Assembly (NCBI GenBank): GCA_964187785.1
Contig: OZ076409.1
Location: 15,688,001 to 15,752,000, forward strand
Source of the DNA: Amphiscolops sp. MND2022
Lineage: Eukaryota
Direction of reading: 5' to 3'
DNA length: 64,000 nt
The notes below the pieces were generated by a model. That model made no database searches. It was not told where the DNA came from and was given only the letters and a program-made list of their open reading frames with translations. Shown in pieces: positions 52,301 to 60,716 of the stretch (positions are counted from its first letter, which is position 1; the number at the start of each line of letters is the position of its first letter). Position numbers and translations under genes: made by a program.

Positions 52301-55300
52301 GGAATATCAACGAGACTATTTACTCCCCACGCATGCTGCTAACGTACCATCAAGAACCACTTACCCATTGACGGAAAAGCAAGCAACTAGCACTGCACCA
52401 GAGCACGTGAAACAAGCCGCGTTCGTGGTAAACAGCATATCAATGGAACTGCATGAACATGCTAACACAGTACATGGGTTGAAGGATCTACTACTAGCAC
52501 AAAACCGTGACGTCCATATATTGGCTATCAAGAAATTGGTAATGCAAGAATCAATAGATAATGACGTCTTTCCGGAGAATGTACGTGCCTTTGCCAAAAA
52601 CTACCACAAACAGAAGAAGAACCTTCTACTAATAAACACCAACGGGATTTTGTGTGTAAAATACTCCAAAAGTCAAAGAGCTTTGCATGAACGCCCCTGC
52701 ATGATAGTGATGCCACAATTGTATCAGCATGAGATACTATTCAAGGCCCATGACGCGATGGGACATCAGGGCATCGCGAAAGACTTGGCCAGAATTCAAG
52801 AGCGCCACACTTGGCCAGGCATCCGCCGCACCATTGGACAATACGTCAGCCAATGCATCACTTGTCAACAAGTACGCGACAAGCCTGGTGATGTACGCTT
52901 TCACTTGAAGAATATCCAAAGCGGTTATTTCAACGAGCTAGTCCAATATGACCACATGAAAATTTGTCCCTCTGATGATGGTAACACAGGGATATTGGTT
53001 ATTATCGATCATTTCTCTAAACTCGCAGAAGCTGTGCCGTGCAACCACGATGAGTATGATGCAGCGACCACTTCAAAGTTGTTGTTGCAGAAGTGGTTTG
53101 CCCGCCATGGAACACCGACGAGGATGCAGTCAGACAATGCTCCCAATTTCACCGCGGCAGTATCTGCTGAGTTTATGAAAGCAGCCCAAGTGACCAAAGT
53201 AACCTCAACTGCTGGCCACCCCAGGACTCAAGGGTTGGTAGAGCGACAAAACCGAACGCTACTCACCCTACTGCGTGTATTCTGCTCTAGACGAATGCGT
53301 GACTGGGATCAGTACCTAGATGAAGTTATGGGTGCATACAACTCCACACGTCATGCCACGACTGGATTCTCCCCGTATATGCTGACCAGAGGCATGGAAA
53401 AAGCTATACCCCTGACTTTCTTGTATCCAGAATTTGCAACTCAGTCATTCGAATCACACGAAGCCTATGTGGAACATGTGCTGGCTCGACAACAAGAGAT
53501 TCATGACTTAGTCCGTCGCAACACGCATCAAGCCCAGCAACGACAAAAATTGAAGTACGACAGAGCAATTCGTGCTAAAGCCTACGAAGTGGGCGAACCT
53601 GTTTGGGTATTCTGCCGATACATTCCTCAAAAGGGATCTCCTAAATTGATGAGAGCGTGGCGTGGTCCTCACAAGGTAGCACGAGTGCTACAAGAGGGAC
53701 GTGTCTACATACTTGACACTGGTCAGAAGGTGCATTTCGAACGATTGAAACCGCATCATGGTGGTCCAACAGAATGGGCAGCTGTTCCTGCGCATAACGG
53801 CGAGGTTGCTATCATCATGGACCCTGATCCAGAACAATCCCATGAGGAGGTGAGAGACGATGCTTCGCAACCTTCTTACCGTGCAGAGGAACCAATTTCA
53901 GAAGCCAGTAATGCCTCTTTGCCTTCTCGACAAAGACATTGGATGGACACACGGTTACGCACACACATGCGCGCAGGTGGCAGCCGCCTACACTATCAAC
54001 AATTTGGCTACTCTTCGACTGAGTCTGACGATGAACGTTCTGATGTACTCCTATCGAGTGTTCAGGCCAGTCCTGATGAAAGTGTTATCTTGTCATCACA
54101 TGTAGATGAACCTGCGCCTATTCCCGAAATGCCAATATCACCACTACCTGCTATGGAGGCTCTGTTCTCAGAGAATGAAGCAGTACCCGACGCATTGGAC
54201 ATCACCCCGGATCCTACTATCCACGTACCCACCAAAAGTGCCGCCACCTCTTTGACCGGTACATCCGCCCCATTATTGACAAATCCATCTCTTACGGATA
54301 TGTTGAGTAACTTTCCCATTTGGCCCCTAATCGATGACAATGTTCTCAACCCAACCCTAGACGACAACGGTGCTGAAATACCAACAACCAATAACGAAAA
54401 GGGATCGATTCCCCCTGCGACAGTTCCCACCAACAACAATGCAGCTACTACCACGAAACTCTCCAATGCTCCTAGAGGGCGTGGACCCCGGGGACGTCCG
54501 CCAGGCAGAGCGAGGCCGCGAGCCTCGCTGCCACGTGGTCACCAACGGAGAGGTGCTATTAGAGGCGCTCGCAAAAGAGGCCGTCCCAGAGGTAGACCTC
54601 CTCGTATAACGCACGCCAGACCTAACACTCCTACCCGTGTTCGTAGCACTCCATCTATGGACACTGACTCTTCTGCCCCTAGCGCGGCGGTTACCTCAGA
54701 TCAAGCAGCACCGCCAGAATCAACCAACGCTCGTTATGGACTGCGACACAATCGTATTCCCAGATATCGTTGCGGAACATGTGGCCTACGAGACTGCGAA
54801 TGTAACTACATGGTCCACGCGGGCTTCCCAATCAAACCCCAGGGAGTCCTGCTAGCACGTGAACAGGAAAAATCGCTTCCAAGCGGAACGGTTGACCGTT
54901 TGGTTATTCGGGCCGAGAAGACTTATACTGGGCTACAACGCAGCGACACTCCATATCCCGTGGACTATATCCTATCCAAAATGAAAGATTCTACGATAGC
55001 AAAGGCCCCGTGCCCAAGGTTCAAGGAGTGGACCTATGATCTTGTTGGTTTGGAGTTCACCTTACCCATCACTGTTCCCCCTTTGCCTACAAATATTGCC
55101 TTTGGTCCTTTCAACTACGAGCGAGAGCCTATCCAAATGATACGCTGTATTCCTGCTGACCTCTTGTATGACAAATACAACGTCACCGCAAAACCAGGAG
55201 ACGTTTATCAGCCTACAAGCAACTGGTGGCTACTAGTTACGGCCAAACAAACATCCGACCTGGTTCATCCCTCTAACTTGAACACCTGTCTGGAGAGTTT

Positions 55301-56126
55301 GCGGACGATGGCCTCTCCTGATAGAATCACTTGTTTCCACACCATAGACCTATATCGTGGTAAAATTAAGTTTGAATGGTGGCTGGAACTTATTATAGCG
55401 GTCTTATCGAATTTTTCACGAATCAGATTCCTGGACGAATGGACACACTCATTTCCTAGTTCTGTATCGCTCCAATCGGCCCTGCACGCACTGGATACAT
55501 GGTCCAGGGCTAATATTGATAATCAATCATTGCCGCGATCTGTGTGGCAAGACTTGGGCGCAATCAAAGGCCTCCTCCCGAATACATGTAACGATGCTCT
55601 CTCCAAAGACCCCGGACGAGAGTTAGTGTACCATGGAGCCGTGAGACCTCAATTGGTTGACTATGTGCAGTATGCCAATACGGACTTCCTGCAGACTCCC
55701 CATCACATTGTTTTATGTTGTCCCGCAAATCTGGAAACTAGTTCTGCCGCTCTTCGTTACGTCATTCTTGAGCATGGTGCAGATGCAATCTTTCAACTTC
55801 GACCGGAGGTTGGCAATATTGTAACGCTACCCACATCTTTGATAGACGGCCATCCTCAGACTATCCACCTTTTAATCACACGAGCTACACCTCGCTGCCC
55901 TATGCTCGCTGATATTCTCCTTGGATGTCTTGATCATTTGAAAACGTTACTCGAGCGCTTGGAGGCGATAGAAGTACACTTTGCCATCATTGATCCTGAG
56001 CGCCCAATACGTAATCTTTTCGATTTTTATACCTGTTTGATGGACGTATTCGCCGACACCCCCCTGACCGTCGTTCTTCACGATCGCGTTTACGTATCTA
56101 TTGCAAGCGTCGCTAGCTTTCCGTAA
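46359..56126 (+). CDS. Gag-Pol polyprotein, 3255 aa, with accessory C-terminal domains
   Basis: Capsid-like ~48110-48620. Two CCHC knuckles (48849-48890, 48996-49037). Protease LIDTGS (49641). RT YIDD (51138). RNase H DTDASG...NADGLS (~51570-51935). Integrase HHCC and D(52950)-D(53133)-35-E(53241). GPY/F-like WRGPHKV (~53660). About 780 further aa follow. Confidence 0.97.
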   Translation: MKPNSLRNLWISITRTLSRTNTQRRSNHSKGGRKDTSRCTEASKTPDPTGCETNLSAISDLTSDPREEDWPTDDSFVMEPDFSDPMSDDASEKYQAKPIARTTDDIGGSADETGSQAHTSKWLQELTKVAVTPFGTDEAGTWPNSNRTNAEEEAEMSCLNATGQLKAPSMASESTANTAEILQQMSYVGGMNYARARLQEATAPRASGKGKQVRPPALLAQTGTTGPHGDSRSSSPSSKAASARSSAYRAVHEAAKARKALLDAQIGVKQAASQLSERKARCDREHQSIMEEIEAVQTELRTSTERQAQGHEIQAARMDAVGYRMAEIKDMVTEREVRMEAQLQEVCSQIQAMGTMLKNIQPQPAPVSNTIKELLQDTDISLPKPMKSVSLKPKESVTISTNPSGSKQHLARYAPLPQTLVSNGEAASTSTKFIPSAVSTKNVPPTTKTHKKEPTCEVITIDTSSMGISDLREPTRTNVLTEVTSTFQTANATLGESAAEFQTANDELPPGNPCASSTRRREVTLPENTDDSVNSTRGSSIPPPAISEEAPISPEQLRFTEAISKAMSKELAPLIANRDQTRVRPTIYKGTKDGSVDGWLPVMKRFLERVHAKSPKIDRAWAIIDHLEGEARNYIINKSEPERDEPDKVFSLLASRFGTGGNRMHVRQTFMSRVQQEKEDWMQFLDALEGLRTQGFPDEPITTRRYEILQRFIDGINDPTLRRELAVVYAAESYLTEPPTVESLRFTTRQLQRHRPNASKPYDPRYAMRSRPHPFVPGKLVHPAPGLPQNVLPPNQGQREAKPQMAPPGPASVKQAPAQQQPARVIPQGACFNCGLPGHFARECPSRDLARKPAARAAPEERVNLCENNVASACSGPVFCVNCGMTEHSASQCQNVPVHEDLAYSLWAEQPSASQTMSDSEMVLMLRPAEAAHVTTPLTVTCGKIQIQTNPEPTTFDPSGRTIMSVRLLLAIERETRPELTIDALIDEITANKNCRQLTLPQPEEWQVKGVTSTYHAYSPIPVKVCIDGVDMRFGATIITDAFPPGICLGPQELRCYNIDAQEPTGEARIDERASLVVSFVVPDAAPVPLRGLIDTGSGVSILTFSAYNRVAVRTGTLLRPYGIDLYAANGKTIKTFGLAEKVKFQLGGYELETNFVVVDDAMGVEDFLLGRNFLRAYQVLVDLTAMKVIVRAPSEPVWYHAHTQVSNESLNSSVAIAQDVVLQPFERAILRAKLLVDNLEPFMFRTVLINFQTPNRMLKNAIFLEDTVATVGETGFLYVSLGNLTSNVQRIKKGTLLGTAVPVTMVHKAIPQIVPGQSSETQQSNANYVCKVYEQMNLDSSSEYSSSSEFEFLSSTEPSELGLSEREVKRRTDPALMAPIPGPEAQLDEVRGLWGSTASDTLSKLLNEFDDLFMKFKADIGKCKIAKHPVEVEPGAVPHREGARRMSPDKAERANQEVRDLLALGMIQPSLSPWASGIVMVKKKSGELRFCCDFRPLNEVTIKDAYPLPRIDESLSRLGKAKIYTSIDLAWAFWQIPVRKADRQKTAFACELGLFEWRRMPFGMCNASATFQRAIARALQRIVNREGSMVMAYIDDIVIATETIEDHMDRLREVFQCLREAGFKMRVSKCDFMKSEIKYLGRVVSADGIKPDPKAVTKLKEWDIPRTKTELQSFLGFANYYRDFIPWHAKLVAPLHAITGGASSFLWGEEQQRAFNSIKVALMEATALAQPDTEGEFVLDTDASGVAISGILHQWQGPPESRKLRPIVFGSKKLTATQAKYGAPKLEMYAAYYFILKNHSYLCPRKFTLRVDNQALSWLKTYSMDQAIIGRWIMALEKYHFSIEHRPRTQHRNADGLSKRTNDYKKHEKQLKGLPAIADKWDFLSQEEYNKLPLAPWFDVHGRVIPNHPELPAHLQRLGSQSSPETTVAVPTRRSGRSKRNATIRDEAMRAPLPTLPKPELTLPAELYPEYPEDWLELTEEYQRDYLLPTHAANVPSRTTYPLTEKQATSTAPEHVKQAAFVVNSISMELHEHANTVHGLKDLLLAQNRDVHILAIKKLVMQESIDNDVFPENVRAFAKNYHKQKKNLLLINTNGILCVKYSKSQRALHERPCMIVMPQLYQHEILFKAHDAMGHQGIAKDLARIQERHTWPGIRRTIGQYVSQCITCQQVRDKPGDVRFHLKNIQSGYFNELVQYDHMKICPSDDGNTGILVIIDHFSKLAEAVPCNHDEYDAATTSKLLLQKWFARHGTPTRMQSDNAPNFTAAVSAEFMKAAQVTKVTSTAGHPRTQGLVERQNRTLLTLLRVFCSRRMRDWDQYLDEVMGAYNSTRHATTGFSPYMLTRGMEKAIPLTFLYPEFATQSFESHEAYVEHVLARQQEIHDLVRRNTHQAQQRQKLKYDRAIRAKAYEVGEPVWVFCRYIPQKGSPKLMRAWRGPHKVARVLQEGRVYILDTGQKVHFERLKPHHGGPTEWAAVPAHNGEVAIIMDPDPEQSHEEVRDDASQPSYRAEEPISEASNASLPSRQRHWMDTRLRTHMRAGGSRLHYQQFGYSSTESDDERSDVLLSSVQASPDESVILSSHVDEPAPIPEMPISPLPAMEALFSENEAVPDALDITPDPTIHVPTKSAATSLTGTSAPLLTNPSLTDMLSNFPIWPLIDDNVLNPTLDDNGAEIPTTNNEKGSIPPATVPTNNNAATTTKLSNAPRGRGPRGRPPGRARPRASLPRGHQRRGAIRGARKRGRPRGRPPRITHARPNTPTRVRSTPSMDTDSSAPSAAVTSDQAAPPESTNARYGLRHNRIPRYRCGTCGLRDCECNYMVHAGFPIKPQGVLLAREQEKSLPSGTVDRLVIRAEKTYTGLQRSDTPYPVDYILSKMKDSTIAKAPCPRFKEWTYDLVGLEFTLPITVPPLPTNIAFGPFNYEREPIQMIRCIPADLLYDKYNVTAKPGDVYQPTSNWWLLVTAKQTSDLVHPSNLNTCLESLRTMASPDRITCFHTIDLYRGKIKFEWWLELIIAVLSNFSRIRFLDEWTHSFPSSVSLQSALHALDTWSRANIDNQSLPRSVWQDLGAIKGLLPNTCNDALSKDPGRELVYHGAVRPQLVDYVQYANTDFLQTPHHIVLCCPANLETSSAALRYVILEHGADAIFQLRPEVGNIVTLPTSLIDGHPQTIHLLITRATPRCPMLADILLGCLDHLKTLLERLEAIEVHFAIIDPERPIRNLFDFYTCLMDVFADTPLTVVLHDRVYVSIASVASFP

Positions 56127-56348
56127 AGCTTTTGTTTTTCCGCTTTTTTTTGTTTTTGTTTTTTATCCGCTCGATTAAGTTTAGTGAGTCGACACGGAGT
56201 TTATGTGAAACTGTTACGTTACCATTTTCTTTAATGTTAGTGTGTGACATTATATTACTTTCCCTGATATTACCCTTAAAATGACCTATGGTGTTGCCCA
56301 ACTATCAAGTGTGCTACAATCGACCTGCACTCTTTCAGAATTGTCGTC

Positions 56349-59300
56349 ATGAACCAAGATAACGATAGAAGCAACAACGTCCCGCCAAGGTCTACAGATA
56401 ACTCTCCTGCCTTGGGGCAACGCGTCTATGACACTGCGCGTGTCCAACGCACCCCACAAATTGCCTTTATTCGAGACAGACTCGACCAAGGTCTGTCGCC
56501 AGCTACAGTTGCCGGGGTGGCGGCAATCATTGCCCAGATGGAATCACAATTGCAAGCCCCAATGCTGACGATATCAATTACTTCAGGGTTTCCTGGGTTC
56601 CAACGATCCATGACATACCAAGATGGAGTGTGGCACGGCCATGATCTCACGCATCACTTCACGGATGATCGTGCGGCGATCTCATACAGTCCTGCGAATG
56701 GCGGAGTCCATCAGACTAGACCTCTACAGATCCCTTCTTGCCCGCCTCCACCTCCACCGCCACCTCCTGCATCAACACCACAAGCAGTAGTGCGTGCGCG
56801 CACTCCTGCTCCTACAGTGCCTGACTTGCCCAATCAATCTATGGCGGAGCAAGCAGTCATCTCAGCACTGCAAGCAGTGGCTGCCAACCCCAATTACGAT
56901 GATTTCATGCGATCCATGGAGCAGTGTTGGCCAGAACTACGTCGAATTGCTCTGCCCACTGTCACTATTCGCAACGACAATGTGACTTCAACTGAAACAC
57001 GTCAAGGTGTCATCACTATTCCCCACATCAATCCTCAGTCTGAACAGCCAGGACACTCTCGCACCGTGACTGTAGAGCGCAGTCGTTCGCCTTCCCGCTC
57101 TTCTCAAAAGGGGGGAGGAGAGAGCCGCCCTGCCTCAAGAAAACGCAACGACCCTTCTCCAACAAAAAAGACTCAACAACCACTGACTGCCCGTGACAGT
57201 CCCTCGAGCAAGCCACCACCCGACAAAAAGATCTCCAACGAGAAGGCCACAACCTCCAAAGCGCCAGACCAAACAAAATCAAAAGTGTCGGAAGCATGCG
57301 TGCTTCCCTCACCCCAATCACAACCGGACGTAACAGGCGAACAACAAGGACTGCCGCAACCACCATCCACGCAGTCTACAACACGCGAGTCGCTGGCTCA
57401 ACGAGCGACTCCTAAGCCTTCCACATCAAGACAGCCACAAACGGAGCAAACTGTGGGTTATCAAGGCACCCCTGAATCTCAGCGAACTGTCAAGGACATA
57501 ATGGGTGATTACCCAGGGTTGAAGGTAACCAACAGTGGTCCAACTGGAACCCCACTCCGCAAACAGGCGATTCAACACCCAACTAAGAGAACCTTTACGA
57601 AACAGCCGACGTACCTGAGTCCAATGCAAAACACAAAGGGCACACTGGTCACCAAGGATTCCCGACGTATCTGGGAATCGGCAGTTATAGTATCGCCCGA
57701 ATGGCTATTTGAGAAGAACATGTGTCCTCCGAATGACGAAGAGCATGCGAAATTGAAGAAGGCGAATGTACCTGCATTCATGAATCGTCCAATCCGCCCC
57801 GACCACACCCCTACCAATGAGCCGCCATGGCTAGGGAAGGCAATGAATATGCTGCCAAACGTGGAAGACAATTACTTGGACGCCGTCAACATTGACCTTC
57901 GTGGGCAATTCGCTGATCGATATTTCCTCAACGCTGGAGAGACCTTCGAGATCAACCCACGGTACGCCCGTGACCTCGAAGCCCAGCTACCAATGCCAAA
58001 AGAAAGGTTGCAGCGTGCGCGCTTCGCCTTACTTATAGACTCAACATTCCTCAAGAATGTCCCCATTGACAATGTGCTGTCAGACGTGATGGTTTTTACT
58101 CTACCGCTGTCACGTATTCCCGAGATGGCCGAAGTGTTGGTCACCATGTTTGACCCTGAGATGACAGGAACCTTCAAAGAGCCACCCCCACGCAGAGTGA
58201 TCATCAGCAACGTTTTCGATCACATGGCCTGTGAAGGACTAATGGCCCAGATCGCGAACGTTGAAATTATAAATCCAAGTCCAGCACAGCGAACAACAGT
58301 ACGCAATGCAGCATTGAACATGGCCCGAGCCATGGAAAAAGCCCAAAACATCTTAAAGGATAAACTCAAGGTGCCAGCCCTGTTCGTGACACCCCCAGGT
58401 TTCTGCCAATGGCCTCCCGCCTTGCAGAGATTTATCTACATGGTAACAGAAGTTTGCAAGTGTAGAGAAATAGACTTTGCGATCTGCGCGCCCAATATGC
58501 GGATCGGCTCCAACGACTTTCGTCCCTCCTGGCTTTCCTACATGGGGTATGTTGCCTCAGTGTCTAAAGTGCTACAGTCAGTGGAAAAGACTGGGAACGC
58601 GCAGCTGACAATCGATGATGCCATCTACTTTGATCACGGCACTCGTATGGGATTATTAGTATTCAATAACGACGGAGAAAGGCGAGTCCCAGAACCCAGT
58701 ACGGCTGAATGTGAGGCAATCCGCCTGAATAACTGGATAGAGCGCGCGCGCTCCTCCGGTGGAAAGACTTGCATTAAAACTGATCTTGCGGAAGTCACTG
58801 CCATGATGAGCAAAGTCCCCAGTGACCGAGAAGTAGAACGAGCCATCCCGCGAGTTCAATTTGCCAAGGACCTCACAATTGATCAATTATCAGTGGGAAT
58901 GAAGTACATTGCTGCAAAATTGACGAGCGAGACTCAGGCTGAAATACAAGCCTTCAGCAGCACCTACGACGCCTGGTACCAGCGGCTACAAACTACCACT
59001 GTAGCAGACATTGCAAAAGAACTTGGGATGTCAACCGACCAATTTGCCATCTGTTTGGGATTGGGTTGGAGTCCCGATGTTATTCGAGTTGAGTTCGATT
59101 TAGACGAGAACTGGTTGATCGAAATCAGCAAGATTATCGGTACCATGCAGATAAACGAACTCTTTGCACTGATGCTCACTTTCGGGCAGAAACGCTTTGT
59201 AGCTGGCCCAATGATGATATTAACCGACCTGGTTACCGAGTGTAATCTGGAATGGCTATTTTCATACTTAGTGATTGCACGAGGGAATATCTCAGGCCTC

Positions 59301-60716
59301 GCCGCCTTAGCCAAGTTGTTGCAACGAAAAGACGCTCAGGATTATCCCGCTCACCTGGAGCGCATGACAACTTCGTTACATCACTGGATATATTGCAGTC
59401 TGGTCTTTGCCTCGGGACTTTTCGTGGGGGTGGATAAGCACCAACCATTATATGACGGACGTCAGCTAGTGACCGAGGTAGCCGGATTTTTGACACCTAA
59501 CCAGCTGGCAGATTTCACTTTGGCTGAAGTCGAAGATCTCGTACCGGTGTTAGCACCCGTGCTAACTCCGATATTTGGCCCAACCGGGATACTTCGCTAT
59601 CCCACCAAGCCTCTGCGACTGGCCTCGGAGACACTAACAGTATCCATCCTGACTTATCTGAAGAACGTGAAACCGCACAACTATCAACAGATGCTTGAAC
59701 GTGGGCTGTTTCTGCTAGTACCCCGCATGTATACCACCATAAAGAATGAGACGCAGCAAGACGAAAACCTGGCCGGTATTCTCAAAGCCCGAACAAAGAA
59801 GGCGTGCCCTTTACCTCGCGAATACGGCCCGGTGAATTGGTACAATTCGCCCCTAGATCACCTTGGAATCCCACAGCGATTCAATTGGAGTTTCGCACAC
59901 CTCAGGAAGTACGTGACTGAATGCGTGCAAACCATGGGCGGTCACACAAATCAGGAGTATAATTTTCAAATGATCAAGCTTCCAGCCAGGTACTGGCGAG
60001 GACCCATCGGTTATATCCGGGCTAAGCCAATCAGCATGGTCGAGAAGGGCTTTGATGAGCAGTACGCCTATCGCGATCACTACAAACTAGGCGTGTGGAT
60101 GTCAAGGACCCTGGAGGAACGCCAAGGGCGCCTAAAAGGTTTGATCATCCCCCCACTGACAATGCCTGTTTGGAATCCAGAGGCGAGGGTTACTATGGGA
60201 AGCGACATGCCAGCGGAGACTTGCTACCACGTCATGGAATTGCTGAATGATCCCCTCGGACCCGAATGGGAAGCCTCCAGGCAAATTATAGAACATGCAA
60301 ACAGGGACAACTGGTCCAGAGCCTGCGGGCTCTGGGGCCGACCTGATCTACGTCCGAAACTCAGTGCGAAACAGAAACGACCCATTGCCACCCGCAATAG
60401 ACCGCTGGATCTACCGCACCTGTTTAATGCCAGTAGATTGGATGTGCAGATCCCAATCTCCACGTCGACCACAAGTTCTGCCAATGTTAGCGGCTCAGCC
60501 AATGCAGCGCAAGAACATTCGCCAGAAGCCTCAACTCCTGTAGCCGCAGAAAATGGCCCTAGTGGCTCAAACACGGCTCCCAGGACCCATGAAACTACCA
60601 GCGCCGAACCAAAGCCAGTCCTGCGAGAAGGAAATGCGCGAAGAGGATCTCTATCCGAACTGCAACCAAAGGCCGACGTCTCCCCCAGAGCGCGTCACTC
60701 CTCCGCCACCCAGTAA
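56349..60716 (+). CDS. Second ORF, 1455 aa, function unknown; Pro-rich disordered N-terminus and a central SGNH/GDSL-like fold
   Basis: Uninterrupted 4.4-kb ORF between pol and the 3' LTR. Block-like motifs FALLIDS / VFTLPLSRI / VIISNVFDH / SNDFRPSWLSY at 58020-58573. Confidence 0.85.
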   Translation: MNQDNDRSNNVPPRSTDNSPALGQRVYDTARVQRTPQIAFIRDRLDQGLSPATVAGVAAIIAQMESQLQAPMLTISITSGFPGFQRSMTYQDGVWHGHDLTHHFTDDRAAISYSPANGGVHQTRPLQIPSCPPPPPPPPPASTPQAVVRARTPAPTVPDLPNQSMAEQAVISALQAVAANPNYDDFMRSMEQCWPELRRIALPTVTIRNDNVTSTETRQGVITIPHINPQSEQPGHSRTVTVERSRSPSRSSQKGGGESRPASRKRNDPSPTKKTQQPLTARDSPSSKPPPDKKISNEKATTSKAPDQTKSKVSEACVLPSPQSQPDVTGEQQGLPQPPSTQSTTRESLAQRATPKPSTSRQPQTEQTVGYQGTPESQRTVKDIMGDYPGLKVTNSGPTGTPLRKQAIQHPTKRTFTKQPTYLSPMQNTKGTLVTKDSRRIWESAVIVSPEWLFEKNMCPPNDEEHAKLKKANVPAFMNRPIRPDHTPTNEPPWLGKAMNMLPNVEDNYLDAVNIDLRGQFADRYFLNAGETFEINPRYARDLEAQLPMPKERLQRARFALLIDSTFLKNVPIDNVLSDVMVFTLPLSRIPEMAEVLVTMFDPEMTGTFKEPPPRRVIISNVFDHMACEGLMAQIANVEIINPSPAQRTTVRNAALNMARAMEKAQNILKDKLKVPALFVTPPGFCQWPPALQRFIYMVTEVCKCREIDFAICAPNMRIGSNDFRPSWLSYMGYVASVSKVLQSVEKTGNAQLTIDDAIYFDHGTRMGLLVFNNDGERRVPEPSTAECEAIRLNNWIERARSSGGKTCIKTDLAEVTAMMSKVPSDREVERAIPRVQFAKDLTIDQLSVGMKYIAAKLTSETQAEIQAFSSTYDAWYQRLQTTTVADIAKELGMSTDQFAICLGLGWSPDVIRVEFDLDENWLIEISKIIGTMQINELFALMLTFGQKRFVAGPMMILTDLVTECNLEWLFSYLVIARGNISGLAALAKLLQRKDAQDYPAHLERMTTSLHHWIYCSLVFASGLFVGVDKHQPLYDGRQLVTEVAGFLTPNQLADFTLAEVEDLVPVLAPVLTPIFGPTGILRYPTKPLRLASETLTVSILTYLKNVKPHNYQQMLERGLFLLVPRMYTTIKNETQQDENLAGILKARTKKACPLPREYGPVNWYNSPLDHLGIPQRFNWSFAHLRKYVTECVQTMGGHTNQEYNFQMIKLPARYWRGPIGYIRAKPISMVEKGFDEQYAYRDHYKLGVWMSRTLEERQGRLKGLIIPPLTMPVWNPEARVTMGSDMPAETCYHVMELLNDPLGPEWEASRQIIEHANRDNWSRACGLWGRPDLRPKLSAKQKRPIATRNRPLDLPHLFNASRLDVQIPISTSTTSSANVSGSANAAQEHSPEASTPVAAENGPSGSNTAPRTHETTSAEPKPVLREGNARRGSLSELQPKADVSPRARHSSATQ

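Noticed and set aside
53750..54100. Chromodomain after integrase
   Set aside because: No aromatic-cage motif (Y-x-V-K-W) is visible. The region is acidic and low complexity.
46703..60574. Numerous short antisense or alternate-frame ORFs inside the retrotransposon
   Set aside because: They are shadows of the two long ORFs, with no recognisable motifs.
56349..60716. Calling ORF2 an env gene
   Set aside because: No evident signal peptide, furin site plus fusion peptide, or C-terminal transmembrane anchor. Position alone is not enough.
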